This document shows, one piece after another, positions 1-8,975 of a DNA stretch of 32,000 nt (position 1 is the first letter of the stretch; each line of letters begins with the position of its first letter). Location: assembly GCF_000013905.1 (NCBI RefSeq), contig NC_007969.1, positions 1,320,001 through 1,352,000 of the forward strand, in the 5' to 3' direction. Under the pieces are notes generated by a model. That model was not told the origin of the DNA, searched no databases, and saw only the letters and a program-made list of their open reading frames with translations. Made by a program: the position numbers and the translations under genes. The stretch is from Psychrobacter cryohalolentis K5 (GTDB taxonomy: Bacteria; Pseudomonadota; Gammaproteobacteria; Pseudomonadales; Moraxellaceae).

Positions 1-408
1 CGTCATGAGCTAGGTCGTGCATTTTTGGTGGCAGCTGAAGCCAAAGCAGCACAAGAAGGCGATACCCTATCTGAAAAAGATCGGCAAAAAACTTATAATA
101 TGCCATTACGTGCACCCGTTATTATTACTGTCGTCACACAAATGCAAGCGCATAAAAAAGTACCACCCTTTGAACAGATGCTTAGTGCGGGTGCGGTGGT
201 TCAAAACCTCATCTTAGCGCTAAAGGCACAAGGTTTTAGTACGGTATGGCGTACTGGGTTACTTTGTAATGAGCCTGCTGTTAAAGCATATTTCGATGTA
301 AGTGCAGATGATTATGTTACGGCTTTTGTTTATACCGGCACCAGCACTTGTGATATGCCAACGCGCAAGCCGATTGATATTGAACCACTGACGCGCTTTG
401 AGCAATAA
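1..408 (+). CDS. NAD(P)H nitroreductase, YdjA-like (5' end lies outside the window)
   Basis: Frame 1 is open from base 1 (RHELGRAFLVAAEAKAAQ...) to TAA at 406-408, so the track ORF 25..408 merely starts at an internal TTG. The stretch PLRAPVIITVV...KVPPFEQMLSAGAVVQNL...AQGF..VWRTG aligns by eye with the E. coli YdjA core. Confidence 0.75.
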   Translation, partial: RHELGRAFLVAAEAKAAQEGDTLSEKDRQKTYNMPLRAPVIITVVTQMQAHKKVPPFEQMLSAGAVVQNLILALKAQGFSTVWRTGLLCNEPAVKAYFDVSADDYVTAFVYTGTSTCDMPTRKPIDIEPLTRFEQ

Positions 409-567
409 AAGTCTTTATTGCATAATATAGTGGGCAACCAAGAGCATAGCTAAGTAATGACTTAACGAGAATGGCTGTTTGGCTGAGCTAGTAGCCTAAA
501 AAATACTGTTAATTTGTACAAATAATTGTTCATACATTTTGCTGCGCTCACTGTATACTCAGCATAA

Positions 568-1902
568 ATGAATTTATCACAAAGTCAGTTAATTCGGATA
601 AAACATATGATAAGCGCTAATGACAAAAGCACAGATACCAACGTAGACAGCACTCAAGCTGAGCAAAAAATAGCTGAAAAACAAAATAAATTGTTATCTG
701 GTATCATTGAGCGTGCTACCAAATCTAGTCTTGGACGTAAAAAGTTAAATCCAAGTGTGGTGGAATCTGCCGTAGCAAAAAAAATGGAAGAGATACATAA
801 AAATCCGACCAAGCTGCGTTTAGTAGTATTAGGCGGCGGTAGCTTTGGCACCGCCATGGCAAACTTAGCGGCACGCAATGGCTGCGATACCACGCTGTGG
901 GTGCGCAACAAGCGTACGGTCAAAGCGATGGCAAAATCGCAAATGAATAAAAAATACTTGCCAGGCTATAAGCTTGATGACCGCCTAAAATACAGTCATG
1001 AGCTGCAAGCCGCAGTCAAAGATACGGATATTATCTTCATTGCCGTACCGGGATTGGCGTTTCGCGAAACGCTTAAAAGTATCGCCCCTTTTATTAGTGG
1101 GCAGTCTATTGTTTCTTTGACCAAAGGGATGGAAAAAGACACTTTTTCTCTGATGAGTGACATCATCAAAGACGAGCTACCTGAAGTAAATTTTGGCGTG
1201 ATGTCTGGTCCAAATCTTGCTATAGAAATTATGAAAAACATGCCTTCTGCCACGGTAATCGCTAGTGAATCTGAACCACTGCGTCATGCCGTACAAGCGG
1301 CATTACATAGTGCTTTCTTTAGAGTATTTGCTAGTGATGATATCCGCGGTGTTGAGCTTGGCGGCGCGTTAAAGAATATTTATGCCATTGCTATGGGTAT
1401 GGCAGCTGCTTACGAGGTTGGTGAAAATACCAAAGCGATGATATTGACCCGTGGCTTAGCAGAGATGAGTCGCTTTGGTGTACATGCTGGTGCCAATCCG
1501 CTGACCTTTTTAGGGTTATCAGGTGTCGGGGATTTATATGCCACTTGTAGCTCCGAGTTAAGTCGTAATTATCGTATTGGTAATATGCTTGGTCGTGGTA
1601 TGACGATTGATGCAGCGGTCAAAAAATTGGGACAAACTGCTGAAGGTGTGAATACCATTCAGCAAGTACATGAAAAAGCCACTAAAGAAGGCATTTATAT
1701 GCCTATTACTCATGCGTTATATGCCGTCATTTATGAAGACAAAGCGGCGCTTGGTGTTGCCCTGCATTTGATGGAAGCAGGCTTTCGTAGTGATGTTGAA
1801 TTTGTCATGGAGCACGACCACAGTAATGCTTCGCTGACCGCGCAAATGCAAACTGCAAACAGCCAATCAAAAGAGGATAAAAGTAAGCAGGGTAATAAGT
1901 AA
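568..1902 (+). CDS. gpsA: NAD(P)H-dependent glycerol-3-phosphate dehydrogenase with N- and C-terminal extensions
   Basis: Rossmann motif LRLVVLGGGSFGTAMA is present, with GpsA-typical blocks SGPNLAIEI, GGALKNIYAIAMG, GLSGVGDLYATC and SRNYRIG. The start is ambiguous (ATG 568, 607 or 784). The 72 stop-free codons before 784 in AT-rich DNA favour an upstream start. Confidence 0.9.
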   Translation: MNLSQSQLIRIKHMISANDKSTDTNVDSTQAEQKIAEKQNKLLSGIIERATKSSLGRKKLNPSVVESAVAKKMEEIHKNPTKLRLVVLGGGSFGTAMANLAARNGCDTTLWVRNKRTVKAMAKSQMNKKYLPGYKLDDRLKYSHELQAAVKDTDIIFIAVPGLAFRETLKSIAPFISGQSIVSLTKGMEKDTFSLMSDIIKDELPEVNFGVMSGPNLAIEIMKNMPSATVIASESEPLRHAVQAALHSAFFRVFASDDIRGVELGGALKNIYAIAMGMAAAYEVGENTKAMILTRGLAEMSRFGVHAGANPLTFLGLSGVGDLYATCSSELSRNYRIGNMLGRGMTIDAAVKKLGQTAEGVNTIQQVHEKATKEGIYMPITHALYAVIYEDKAALGVALHLMEAGFRSDVEFVMEHDHSNASLTAQMQTANSQSKEDKSKQGNK

Positions 1903-2001
1903 TAAGAGGTTGTTAGCGCAATAGCAATAGCGTGTCACTAAAAGAGAGTTACTTATAATTTGAACTGGCGATATAACAACAATAAAAAAGGCTGATAACT
2001 T

Positions 2002-2460
2002 ATGAAAATTATTTTGATGCGCCATGGTCAAGCAGAAGACGAGACGCGTCCCGATAGCGCCCGCCAGCTGACGGATTTTGGTCAGCAGCAAGCAAAGCAG
2101 ACCGCAAAATATATCACTACGCATTATCATCCCGATTATTTTTTGGTCAGTCCTTATGCGAGGGCACAGCAAACACTGGCAGAACTACAGGCACAATTGC
2201 CTACTGTTCCATCGAGCATACAAGACAGTCTCAAGCCGTCTGACGATGCGCGTCAAGCGTTAAATGAGATTGCTGATATTGAAGCTAAGTGTCTGGTGGT
2301 GGTTTGTCATATGTCTATCGTTGCTTATATCGCAGGGTTGCTAACCAGTGACTATCCTGAGTCTTTTTCTTTGGCAGAAGCACGTGTGTTTGAGATGGAT
2401 TTTGTGATGGCAGGTATGGCACGCGAGATTGCCCGCTTTGTACCGGATCAGCCTTATTAA
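2002..2460 (+). CDS. sixA: Phosphohistidine phosphatase SixA
   Basis: 152 aa, with the histidine-phosphatase signature MKIILMRHGQAE at the N-terminus and size and layout typical of SixA. Confidence 0.8.
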   Translation: MKIILMRHGQAEDETRPDSARQLTDFGQQQAKQTAKYITTHYHPDYFLVSPYARAQQTLAELQAQLPTVPSSIQDSLKPSDDARQALNEIADIEAKCLVVVCHMSIVAYIAGLLTSDYPESFSLAEARVFEMDFVMAGMAREIARFVPDQPY

Positions 2461-2562
2461 TCTAAGTTATTATTGATGGTTAATAATAGTGCTGCTGTTG
2501 ATGGTCCTAGATCATCTGCATTTTAGCTAAACGATAGCTTTGATATATTATGGCTTTAACAA

Positions 2563-3876
2563 TTGAGGACACATTTGGTGTTACATGTTTGGTTAAGAGC
2601 GCAGCACAGTCCACTAGCGGTCTGGCATGAAGACAGTCAACACTGGCAGTTGGTCGAGGGTTGGCAGCAGCTACAGGATATCTATAGTCGCTATAAAGCA
2701 AATAGCCAAAAAGCCATTTGTCTTTATTTTCCATCTAACCATATGCTACAAGTCGATACGGAGCTAAACAGCACTCAGCTTAAGCAGTTAGGCAGTAGTG
2801 GCAAGCAGTACTTATTTGAAGAGACTTCTTTAACGCCTGTTGAGCAATTAGCTATTCGACAAATGAGTCATAACAACACGCACCATCTATATGCGCTGGC
2901 ACAAACTGATATCGAATTATGGCAACAGAGCGCAAAGCTTGCTGGCATGAATATCGTTGCTTTATTGCCTGATTTTCTATTATTGCCACTACCAGAAGAA
3001 GGGGCTGGGCAGCAAATCACCCTATATCAAGACAAAGAAACTGTGTTGCTTCGCCAATCTTTATATCAAGGTATGGCAGTCAGCTATTTACCGCTAATTT
3101 TTGAGCGTTTTCCGCATTTAAGCGAGGTTTTGATAGTACCTGCCATTGATGACCCTGTTTACGATACCGGCTACGTTTCTGACATCATTACGACTGATAA
3201 TGAGCTTGCTAATCGAACTGAGATTGAAAACTCTATAGCAGCAGGCAGCTTTACCGCGATTACAGCTGACATGATAGCTGAGCATCAACTGTTATTAACC
3301 ACACTAGTGACGACGCCAAAATCACTTGATAACGCAGAGCGTCATGCGCTAAACTTTTTTGTTAAGTCAATGGATTCGCAGTTGTCGCCTTATCTTCGTG
3401 TGGCGATGATGGTGGCGTTATCGGCACTGGTATTGCAGATGGCGACCGATGCGGTGCAGTGGTATCAATATAATGAGGCAACAACTGCGACCAAGACTGA
3501 GATTGCGACACAATATCAGTCTTGGTTTCCAAATGAGCCACTCAGTACGCGTACCAAACTACAAGTTCAATTAGAGCCAAAATTGCGTAGCGATAGCCAA
3601 GCACCCGCGTCACATATGGCAGTCCTTTCGCGTATATCCCCTTTGATTAAACAGTCGTCATTAAAGGCGCAAGCATTGGTTATGCAGCCTTCGGCACTTA
3701 GCTTTACGTTGATTGCTCCTGATCGCGGCAGTCTTGATCAGTTTACTGCTACACTCGTCGCGCAAGGTCTAACGGCAAAACTAGAGCAAGTGAATGGTAA
3801 TGAGCAAGGGCAGTTTAGCGGTCAAGTAACGGTCAATGTCATAGAAAACAACAGCAGTGTCGGCAATAAAGGGTAA
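2563..3876 (+). CDS. gspL: Type II secretion system protein L (GspL)
   Basis: ~430 aa with a cytoplasmic N-domain, the LLPDFLLLPLP motif typical of Acinetobacter-type GspL, one central TM (LRVAMMVALSALVLQMA) and a periplasmic C-domain. It is followed by a gspM-like gene overlapping by 1 nt (TAATG). The start is a non-ATG codon (TTG 2563, or TTG 2575 / GTG 2578). Confidence 0.7.
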   Translation: MRTHLVLHVWLRAQHSPLAVWHEDSQHWQLVEGWQQLQDIYSRYKANSQKAICLYFPSNHMLQVDTELNSTQLKQLGSSGKQYLFEETSLTPVEQLAIRQMSHNNTHHLYALAQTDIELWQQSAKLAGMNIVALLPDFLLLPLPEEGAGQQITLYQDKETVLLRQSLYQGMAVSYLPLIFERFPHLSEVLIVPAIDDPVYDTGYVSDIITTDNELANRTEIENSIAAGSFTAITADMIAEHQLLLTTLVTTPKSLDNAERHALNFFVKSMDSQLSPYLRVAMMVALSALVLQMATDAVQWYQYNEATTATKTEIATQYQSWFPNEPLSTRTKLQVQLEPKLRSDSQAPASHMAVLSRISPLIKQSSLKAQALVMQPSALSFTLIAPDRGSLDQFTATLVAQGLTAKLEQVNGNEQGQFSGQVTVNVIENNSSVGNKG

Positions 3877-4439
3877 TGATGAAAATACTACAGCGCCGTA
3901 CCAAACGTAGCACAACGATGCTGCAGAAAAGTGCATTATCAGCGCGAATGACAGGCTATCAAAACCTGCTATTTGTACGCTGGCAAGCACTGTCTTCTCG
4001 TGACCAGTTGGCTTTGCTATTATTGTCTGCTTTTTTACTACTGTTTATTGGCGGTTATGGCGGTTATAGTATTCATCAGGCAGCCAATCATAGCAAAAGC
4101 GAGTACCAAGAGCAGGTTGCTGATTATTTTTGGTTGCGTGCTCAAGCAGGTAATATAGATAGTAATGCGTTAGCGGCTGCCAATACTACTGATGGTGCAG
4201 AGGTAATACCTGCTACTAGTAGTGTCAATGCGCTGTTGACTAACTCAGGCATTGTAGATGCGCAAGTGATTGCTAATGGTAATACGGTACAATTGAGCTT
4301 TAATAATCCGAGTCAAGCGGTGGTGAGTGCTGCCCTTGGTAAGCTTGAACAACAAGGCTGGCAATTCACTCAGTTGTCTATGCAGCAAGATTTACTCACT
4401 AAAGCGATTCAGGTTCAGGCTACCGTGACCTTATCATAA
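3876..4439 (+). CDS. gspM: Type II secretion system protein M (GspM)
   Basis: Small bitopic protein with W..LSSRDQLALLLLSAFLLLFIGGYGGY (the GspM-type N-terminal helix/TM) and a periplasmic C-domain. It is translationally coupled to gspL. The start could also be ATG 3918 or 3948. Confidence 0.6.
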   Translation: MMKILQRRTKRSTTMLQKSALSARMTGYQNLLFVRWQALSSRDQLALLLLSAFLLLFIGGYGGYSIHQAANHSKSEYQEQVADYFWLRAQAGNIDSNALAAANTTDGAEVIPATSSVNALLTNSGIVDAQVIANGNTVQLSFNNPSQAVVSAALGKLEQQGWQFTQLSMQQDLLTKAIQVQATVTLS

Positions 4440-4451
4440 AGGGGCAAGAGG

Positions 4452-4487
4452 CATGGGGCATGGGGCATGGGGCATGGGCATCATGGG
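4452..4487. repeat. CATGGGG heptamer tandem array (3 perfect units, then CATGGG and a CATCATGGG variant)
   Basis: Read directly: gcatggggcatggggcatggggcatgggcatcatggg, beginning 12 nt after the gspM stop codon. G-runs lie at 4455-58, 4462-65, 4469-72 and 4476-78, separated by CAT. Confidence 0.9.
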
Positions 4488-4554
4488 AATAAAGTTTACT
4501 CAAAAGTAGTCAGTAGCTTTTATGCTAACAAACCCATTTATACAGCAGACCTTA

Positions 4555-4583
4555 TTGAAAAAGTGCTTCTTAGACACTATAAA
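4555..4583 (+). promoter_or_regulatory. Candidate sigma70-type promoter for the downstream membrane-protein gene
   Basis: TTGAAA (4555-4560), a 17-nt spacer, then TATAAA (4578-4583), about 75 nt upstream of ATG 4660. Motif resemblance only. Confidence 0.3.
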
Positions 4584-4659
4584 ATAGCTATAACAAATGT
4601 TTCACTTTAAAATTCATGACTCATTTATGTGTAGGGTTTTATAATCAGCACAATATGCT

Positions 4660-5109
4660 ATGTATGCCATGACAGGTGATCATATAAATAATCCGATGAG
4701 TGATAATATGAATAATAAACAAAGCCGCTCTTTAGTAACGTATAACCACATTACGTATTTATTATATGTACTCAGTTATTTTACTGCCGGTTTGCTATGG
4801 ATTGTGCCTATCTTTATGAATTATGCCAAACGTCGTGATGCTGATGGAACATGGCTTGCCACGCACTTTGACTGGCAAATTAAAACATTTTGGTACAGTA
4901 TTGTGTGGTTTATCGTGGGTATTGGCATCATCACTTTTGCTCTTGGTAGCTTTGGCGTGAGTATTATGGCGGATAGCGGTAATATCGCTGTCGGCTCGGT
5001 ATTACTGGCTAGCATTGGTTTTATTATTATGGGCGTTGCCTTTATTTGGCATTTATACCGTATCGTGCGAGGCTGGATTGCTCTGGCGGATGGTCGACCT
5101 GTCCCTTAA
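4660..5109 (+). CDS. Small integral membrane protein (DUF4870-like, 3-4 TM)
   Basis: Hydrophobic segments are YLLYVLSYFTAGLLWIVPIF, FWYSIVWFIVGIGIITFAL and VLLASIGFIIMGVAFIW. The block Y.KRRDADGTWLATHF.WQI.TFW resembles the conserved loop of that family. The start is ambiguous (ATG 4660, 4669, 4696 or 4708). Confidence 0.55.
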   Translation: MYAMTGDHINNPMSDNMNNKQSRSLVTYNHITYLLYVLSYFTAGLLWIVPIFMNYAKRRDADGTWLATHFDWQIKTFWYSIVWFIVGIGIITFALGSFGVSIMADSGNIAVGSVLLASIGFIIMGVAFIWHLYRIVRGWIALADGRPVP

Positions 5110-5120
5110 TAATTGAGCTA

Positions 5121-5178
5121 TATCTTACTATAGATAGCTACTCTCTATATCTTACTATAGAGAGTAGCTATCTATAGT
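5121..5178. repeat. 20-bp hairpin with nested 14-bp direct repeat
   Basis: Arm 5127-5146 (actatagatagctactctct) is the exact reverse complement of 5159-5178, with a 12-nt loop. TATCTTACTATAGA occurs at 5121-5134 and again at 5148-5161. Confidence 0.85.
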
Positions 5179-5213
5179 CGATTCCAAATAAAATAGATAC
5201 GCTATATTGCAAC

Positions 5214-5289
5214 GCGGAACTGGAATAAATTTTTCTGGCGTGCTGTGCCTACGCCGACAGAGGCTGCGTAAAATTTATTCCAGTCCCGC
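5214..5289. repeat. REP/MITE-like palindromic element, copy 1 (20-bp arms plus 36-nt conserved core)
   Basis: Arms 5214-5233 and 5270-5289 pair at 19 of 20 positions. The core tctggcgtgctgtgcctacgccgacagaggctgcgt matches the core at 26584-26619 at 31 of 36 positions. Confidence 0.8.
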
Positions 5290-5445
5290 TGTATCGTTTT
5301 AATACTGAATTCACTATATATTCTCTATAGTAAAATTGGCTGATGAAACTTTGGTCTTATTTCGACTAAGCTGATATAATCGCTGCGCTTGACCACATTG
5401 GTTTTCTTTATTCATTTTCACTTTCAAGCAGGGTCTGTCGTTACT

Positions 5446-6480
5446 ATGTCTTATGCCTTACTTCGCCCTTTTTTGTTTAATATGGACCCTGAACACGCGC
5501 ATGAAATGACCTTATCCTTATTGGATAAAGCTCATAAAGCGCGTGTTTTAGGTTTGGTTTATGGTCAATCTATGCAGCCAACTGATTGCATGGGCTTGCA
5601 GTTCTCTAATCCTGTTGGTCTCGCTGCTGGGCTAGATAAAAACGGCGATTATATTGACGCCTTAGCTGAACTTGGTTTTGGCTTTATCGAAGTAGGTACG
5701 GTCACCCCAAAGCCGCAAGCCGGTAATGATAGACCACGTTTATTTAGGCTCAAACAAGCAGACGCCATTATTAACCGTATGGGTTTTAACAATGAAGGTG
5801 TCGACTACCTCATTGAAAATGTGCAGCGCTGTAAATACAAAGGCAATATCGGCATTAATATCGGTAAAAACGCTGCAACGCCAGTTGAAAAAGCGGCTGA
5901 TGACTATGTTTACTGCTTAGAGCGTGTTTACCCACATGCTTCCTACATCACTGTCAATATCTCTTCGCCAAATACCGCAAATTTACGTGACCTGCAAAGC
6001 GGAGAAGCATTAACCCATCTGTTAGATGCGATCAAAAACCGCCACAGTCAATTGGCAACAGAATACGGTTTTTATGTGCCATTGGTTCTTAAAGTCGCGC
6101 CTGATTTAGATCCAATACAGGTAGATTATATCTCTCAGCAACTGCTGGATTTCGAGATTGATGGTTTGATTGCGACCAATACCACATTGAGCCGCGTAGG
6201 CGTCGAAGATTTGCCCGATGGCGATCAAGCAGGCGGTTTATCAGGTCGTCCGGTCAGCCACATTAGTACGCAGATTTTACAACAATTCTCTGATCAGCTG
6301 GATGGTAAAGTGGCATTGATTGGGGTCGGCGGTATCGATAGCGGCGCTAAAGCTGTCAAGAAAATCGAAGCGGGCGCAGATATGGTTCAGCTTTATTCAG
6401 GGCTTATTTATAAAGGGCCTGGGCTTGTACAGTCTTGTATACAGTCTATCGGTGGTTATTACGACGCAATGGAAAATTAA
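5446..6480 (+). CDS. pyrD: Dihydroorotate dehydrogenase (quinone), class 2
   Basis: [20 protein letters not shown]..., [40 protein letters not shown] and GGLSG are collinear with E. coli PyrD. ATG 5446 is preferred over the track's TTG at 5389, which adds a non-homologous leader. Confidence 0.92.
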   Translation: MSYALLRPFLFNMDPEHAHEMTLSLLDKAHKARVLGLVYGQSMQPTDCMGLQFSNPVGLAAGLDKNGDYIDALAELGFGFIEVGTVTPKPQAGNDRPRLFRLKQADAIINRMGFNNEGVDYLIENVQRCKYKGNIGINIGKNAATPVEKAADDYVYCLERVYPHASYITVNISSPNTANLRDLQSGEALTHLLDAIKNRHSQLATEYGFYVPLVLKVAPDLDPIQVDYISQQLLDFEIDGLIATNTTLSRVGVEDLPDGDQAGGLSGRPVSHISTQILQQFSDQLDGKVALIGVGGIDSGAKAVKKIEAGADMVQLYSGLIYKGPGLVQSCIQSIGGYYDAMEN

Positions 6481-6578
6481 TTGTAGCTATATGGATTAGA
6501 TTAAAAGTATGAAGGCTTGTTATCTAATACTTAATTCAACACCTGATACAAAAGATATAAAGTAACGAGGCAGTATAC

Positions 6579-7076
6579 ATGAGTGGTTTAGACATTGTGA
6601 TTGCTGTTGTGGTGCTAATAGGCTTATGGCGCGGCTTTCAAGTGGGTCTGATTAAGACGGCAGTTGGTTTGGTTGGTTGGTTTATCGCTCTTATTGCAGC
6701 AAGTCGATTGGCCGCTTCCGTAGCACCGCAGTTATCGAGTATCATCCAGAACCCTGTTTTACAGATGGCTGCTGCTTTTTTATTGGTAGTGATTGCGATA
6801 TTGGCTATCATGCACTTGGTTGCTTTTGTCTTTTCAGGTGTCTTAAAAACCTTACGTTTGGGTGTACTTGATAAGATGGCAGGTGGCCTATTAGGTGCTG
6901 CTAAAAATGTGCTGATGGTTTTAGTGATTCTTAGCATTAGTGCGCCACTATTGGTACAAATGCCGCAGTGGCAGACATCCGTACTGGCACCTGAGCTGTT
7001 ACCTTATGCACCTGTCGGTAAAGCGCTCGTCTCAGATATGTTTGGGATGGCTTGGGATCAGGTCAATCAATCATAA
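6579..7076 (+). CDS. cvpA: Colicin V production protein CvpA (inner-membrane protein)
   Basis: 165 aa, 4 TM, N-terminus MSGLDIVIAVVVLIGLWRGFQVGLIK typical of CvpA. It lies immediately upstream of purF, as in E. coli. Confidence 0.8.
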   Translation: MSGLDIVIAVVVLIGLWRGFQVGLIKTAVGLVGWFIALIAASRLAASVAPQLSSIIQNPVLQMAAAFLLVVIAILAIMHLVAFVFSGVLKTLRLGVLDKMAGGLLGAAKNVLMVLVILSISAPLLVQMPQWQTSVLAPELLPYAPVGKALVSDMFGMAWDQVNQS

Positions 7077-7329
7077 GGGTTGAATAAAAAGCTATTCAAC
7101 CGCATCTAATATTCGTAAAATACCATCCATCAATTATCACTGCTTAATTATTAGCTTAATCATCAACCGTTTGTGTCATAGATCATTCTCTTCTTAAAAA
7201 GATTTTAATCTTAGCAAACATCATCAGCTTGGCGGCATATGATAGGTCACAAACTAAAGCGATTTTATCAGTAGTAATGCCGTTATTGTGTTTTTAATGT
7301 GTGGTTCAAATTCAAAATAGGATACAACT

Positions 7330-8865
7330 ATGTGTGGAGTCGTTGGGGTCGCAGCTCATGAGCCGGTCAACCAAATTTTGTATGATGCCTTAACCATGTT
7401 GCAGCACCGTGGGCAAGATGCGGCAGGTATTGTGACTTTACAGGATGGACGTTTATATTTACGCAAAGAAAACGGCATGGTACGTGACGTTTTTATGAAT
7501 CGCCATATGTTAAAGCTGGTCGGTAAATTCGGTATCGGTCATGTGCGTTATCCGACTGCTGGCACGTCAAGCAGTGCTGAAGCGCAGCCTTTTTATGTCA
7601 ACTCGCCTTACGGTATCACGCTGGCACATAATGGTAACTTGACCAATGCTGAGAGCTTGGCGAAGTCGCTTTATCAAGAAGATCGTCGTCATCTAAATAC
7701 CGACTCAGATTCTGAGGTTTTGCTCAATGTGCTGGCACATGAAATGCAAAATCTAGGCAAAACCCATCCAACGCCTGCTGACATCTTTGAAGCAGTGACA
7801 GCGGTTTATGGTCGTGTTGAAGGCGCTTATGGCGTAGTCGCTTTGATTACTGGTCATGGTTTGCTAGCATTTCGTGATCCAAACGGTATTCGTCCGCTCA
7901 TCTTTGGTAAGCGCATGGCTGCCAATGGCGGCACAGAGTACATGGTAGCATCAGAATCGGTTGCTTTGACCGGTTCAGGTTTTAGTATTGTTCGTGATGT
8001 TAAGCCCGGCGAAGCTATATTTATTGATTTAGACCATAAATTACATACGCATCAGTGCGTTGAGCAAAAAGAATATACACCTTGTATCTTTGAATATGTG
8101 TATTTTGCCCGTCCAGATTCTATTATGGACAATATCTCCGTTTATAAATCACGCCTACGTATGGGTGAAAAACTGGCCGATAAAATCCTTGCTGAATGGG
8201 GTGAAGATCATGATATCGATGTGGTCATTCCTATTCCTGATACCTCGCGTACCTCAGCGATGGAGCTAGCGCTAAAGATGAATATCAAGTACCGTGAAGG
8301 GTTTATGAAAAACCGCTATATCGGTCGCACCTTTATCATGCCAGGTCAGCAGCAGCGCAAAAAGTCAGTGCGTCAAAAGCTTAGTGCGGTACCATTAGAG
8401 TTTAAAGGTAAAAACGTACTCTTGGTTGACGATTCAATCGTCCGCGGTACAACCTGCCATGAGATTATCCAAATGGCACGCGATGCAGGCGCGCGCAAGG
8501 TATTCTTTGCCAGTGCAGCGCCACCGGTTAAGTATCCAAATGTCTATGGTATTGATATGCCAGTGCGTAGCGAACTTATTGCGTCAGGACATAGCGTTGA
8601 AGAAGTGCGTGATATCATCGGTGCTGACCGCTTAATTTTCCAAGATTTGGACGATTTGATTGAAGCGGTCAAAGACACTAAGCATAGTAAAGTTGAAGGT
8701 TTTGATTGTGCCGTATTTAATGGCTGCTACATCACTGGTCAAATCAATGAAGCGTATCTTGAGCATCTGCAAGAGCAGCGTAACGACACTGCTAAAAAGG
8801 GTAAAAAAGGGCTACAAATAGTCGCTGATACGCCAGTAGATATGATGGGTGTAGAAGAACTTTAA
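7330..8865 (+). CDS. purF: Amidophosphoribosyltransferase
   Basis: MCGVVGV N-terminal nucleophile Cys, RGQDAAGI, and the PRPP-binding loop [13 protein letters not shown]. Length 511 aa. Confidence 0.95.
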   Translation: MCGVVGVAAHEPVNQILYDALTMLQHRGQDAAGIVTLQDGRLYLRKENGMVRDVFMNRHMLKLVGKFGIGHVRYPTAGTSSSAEAQPFYVNSPYGITLAHNGNLTNAESLAKSLYQEDRRHLNTDSDSEVLLNVLAHEMQNLGKTHPTPADIFEAVTAVYGRVEGAYGVVALITGHGLLAFRDPNGIRPLIFGKRMAANGGTEYMVASESVALTGSGFSIVRDVKPGEAIFIDLDHKLHTHQCVEQKEYTPCIFEYVYFARPDSIMDNISVYKSRLRMGEKLADKILAEWGEDHDIDVVIPIPDTSRTSAMELALKMNIKYREGFMKNRYIGRTFIMPGQQQRKKSVRQKLSAVPLEFKGKNVLLVDDSIVRGTTCHEIIQMARDAGARKVFFASAAPPVKYPNVYGIDMPVRSELIASGHSVEEVRDIIGADRLIFQDLDDLIEAVKDTKHSKVEGFDCAVFNGCYITGQINEAYLEHLQEQRNDTAKKGKKGLQIVADTPVDMMGVEEL

Positions 8866-8894
8866 GCCTCTTTATATCTTAAAATAAAGTAATT

Positions 8895-8931
8895 AAAAAA
8901 GGCTGGATTCTCAATGAATTCAGCCTTTTTG
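8895..8931. terminator. Bidirectional intrinsic terminator between convergent purF and azlD
   Basis: aaaaaa-ggctggattc-(loop)-gaattcagcc-ttttt. Roughly 10-bp stem with one mismatch, flanked by an A-run and a T-run. Confidence 0.6.
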
Positions 8932-8975
8932 CTATTAAATTTATTGTCAAAATATATAGTTTTAAGAGTGATTCT

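Noticed and set aside
654-1253. Antisense ORFs 654..923 and 996..1253 (-) inside gpsA. The same class includes 6638..6937, 13540..13850, 14215..14598, 16968..17192, 19450..19710, 20900..21121, 24189..24401, 25554..25826, 26911..27105, 27479..27748, 30459..30650 and 31363..31545.
   Set aside because: All lie wholly inside confidently identified genes on the opposite strand or in another frame. Their products are low-complexity or unrecognisable, so they are shadow ORFs.
1867-2734. ORFs 1867..2172 (-), 2078..2263 (+) and 2507..2734 (-) around sixA and the gspL start
   Set aside because: They overlap sixA or gspL in other frames or on the other strand, and their translations are unrecognisable.
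5389-5445. Upstream extensions of track ORFs: pyrD from TTG 5389, secD from 14933, azlD from 9374, yajC from 15536, the CNNM gene from 15991 and the 174-aa ORF from 17651
   Set aside because: The extensions add residues with no counterpart in the well-known homologues. An internal ATG, sometimes with an RBS, restores the canonical N-terminus.
7078-7101. 9-bp hairpin (ggttgaata-aaaagc-tattcaacc) just after the cvpA stop as a terminator
   Set aside because: No T-run follows, and cvpA-purF are classically co-transcribed. There is not enough evidence to call a terminator.
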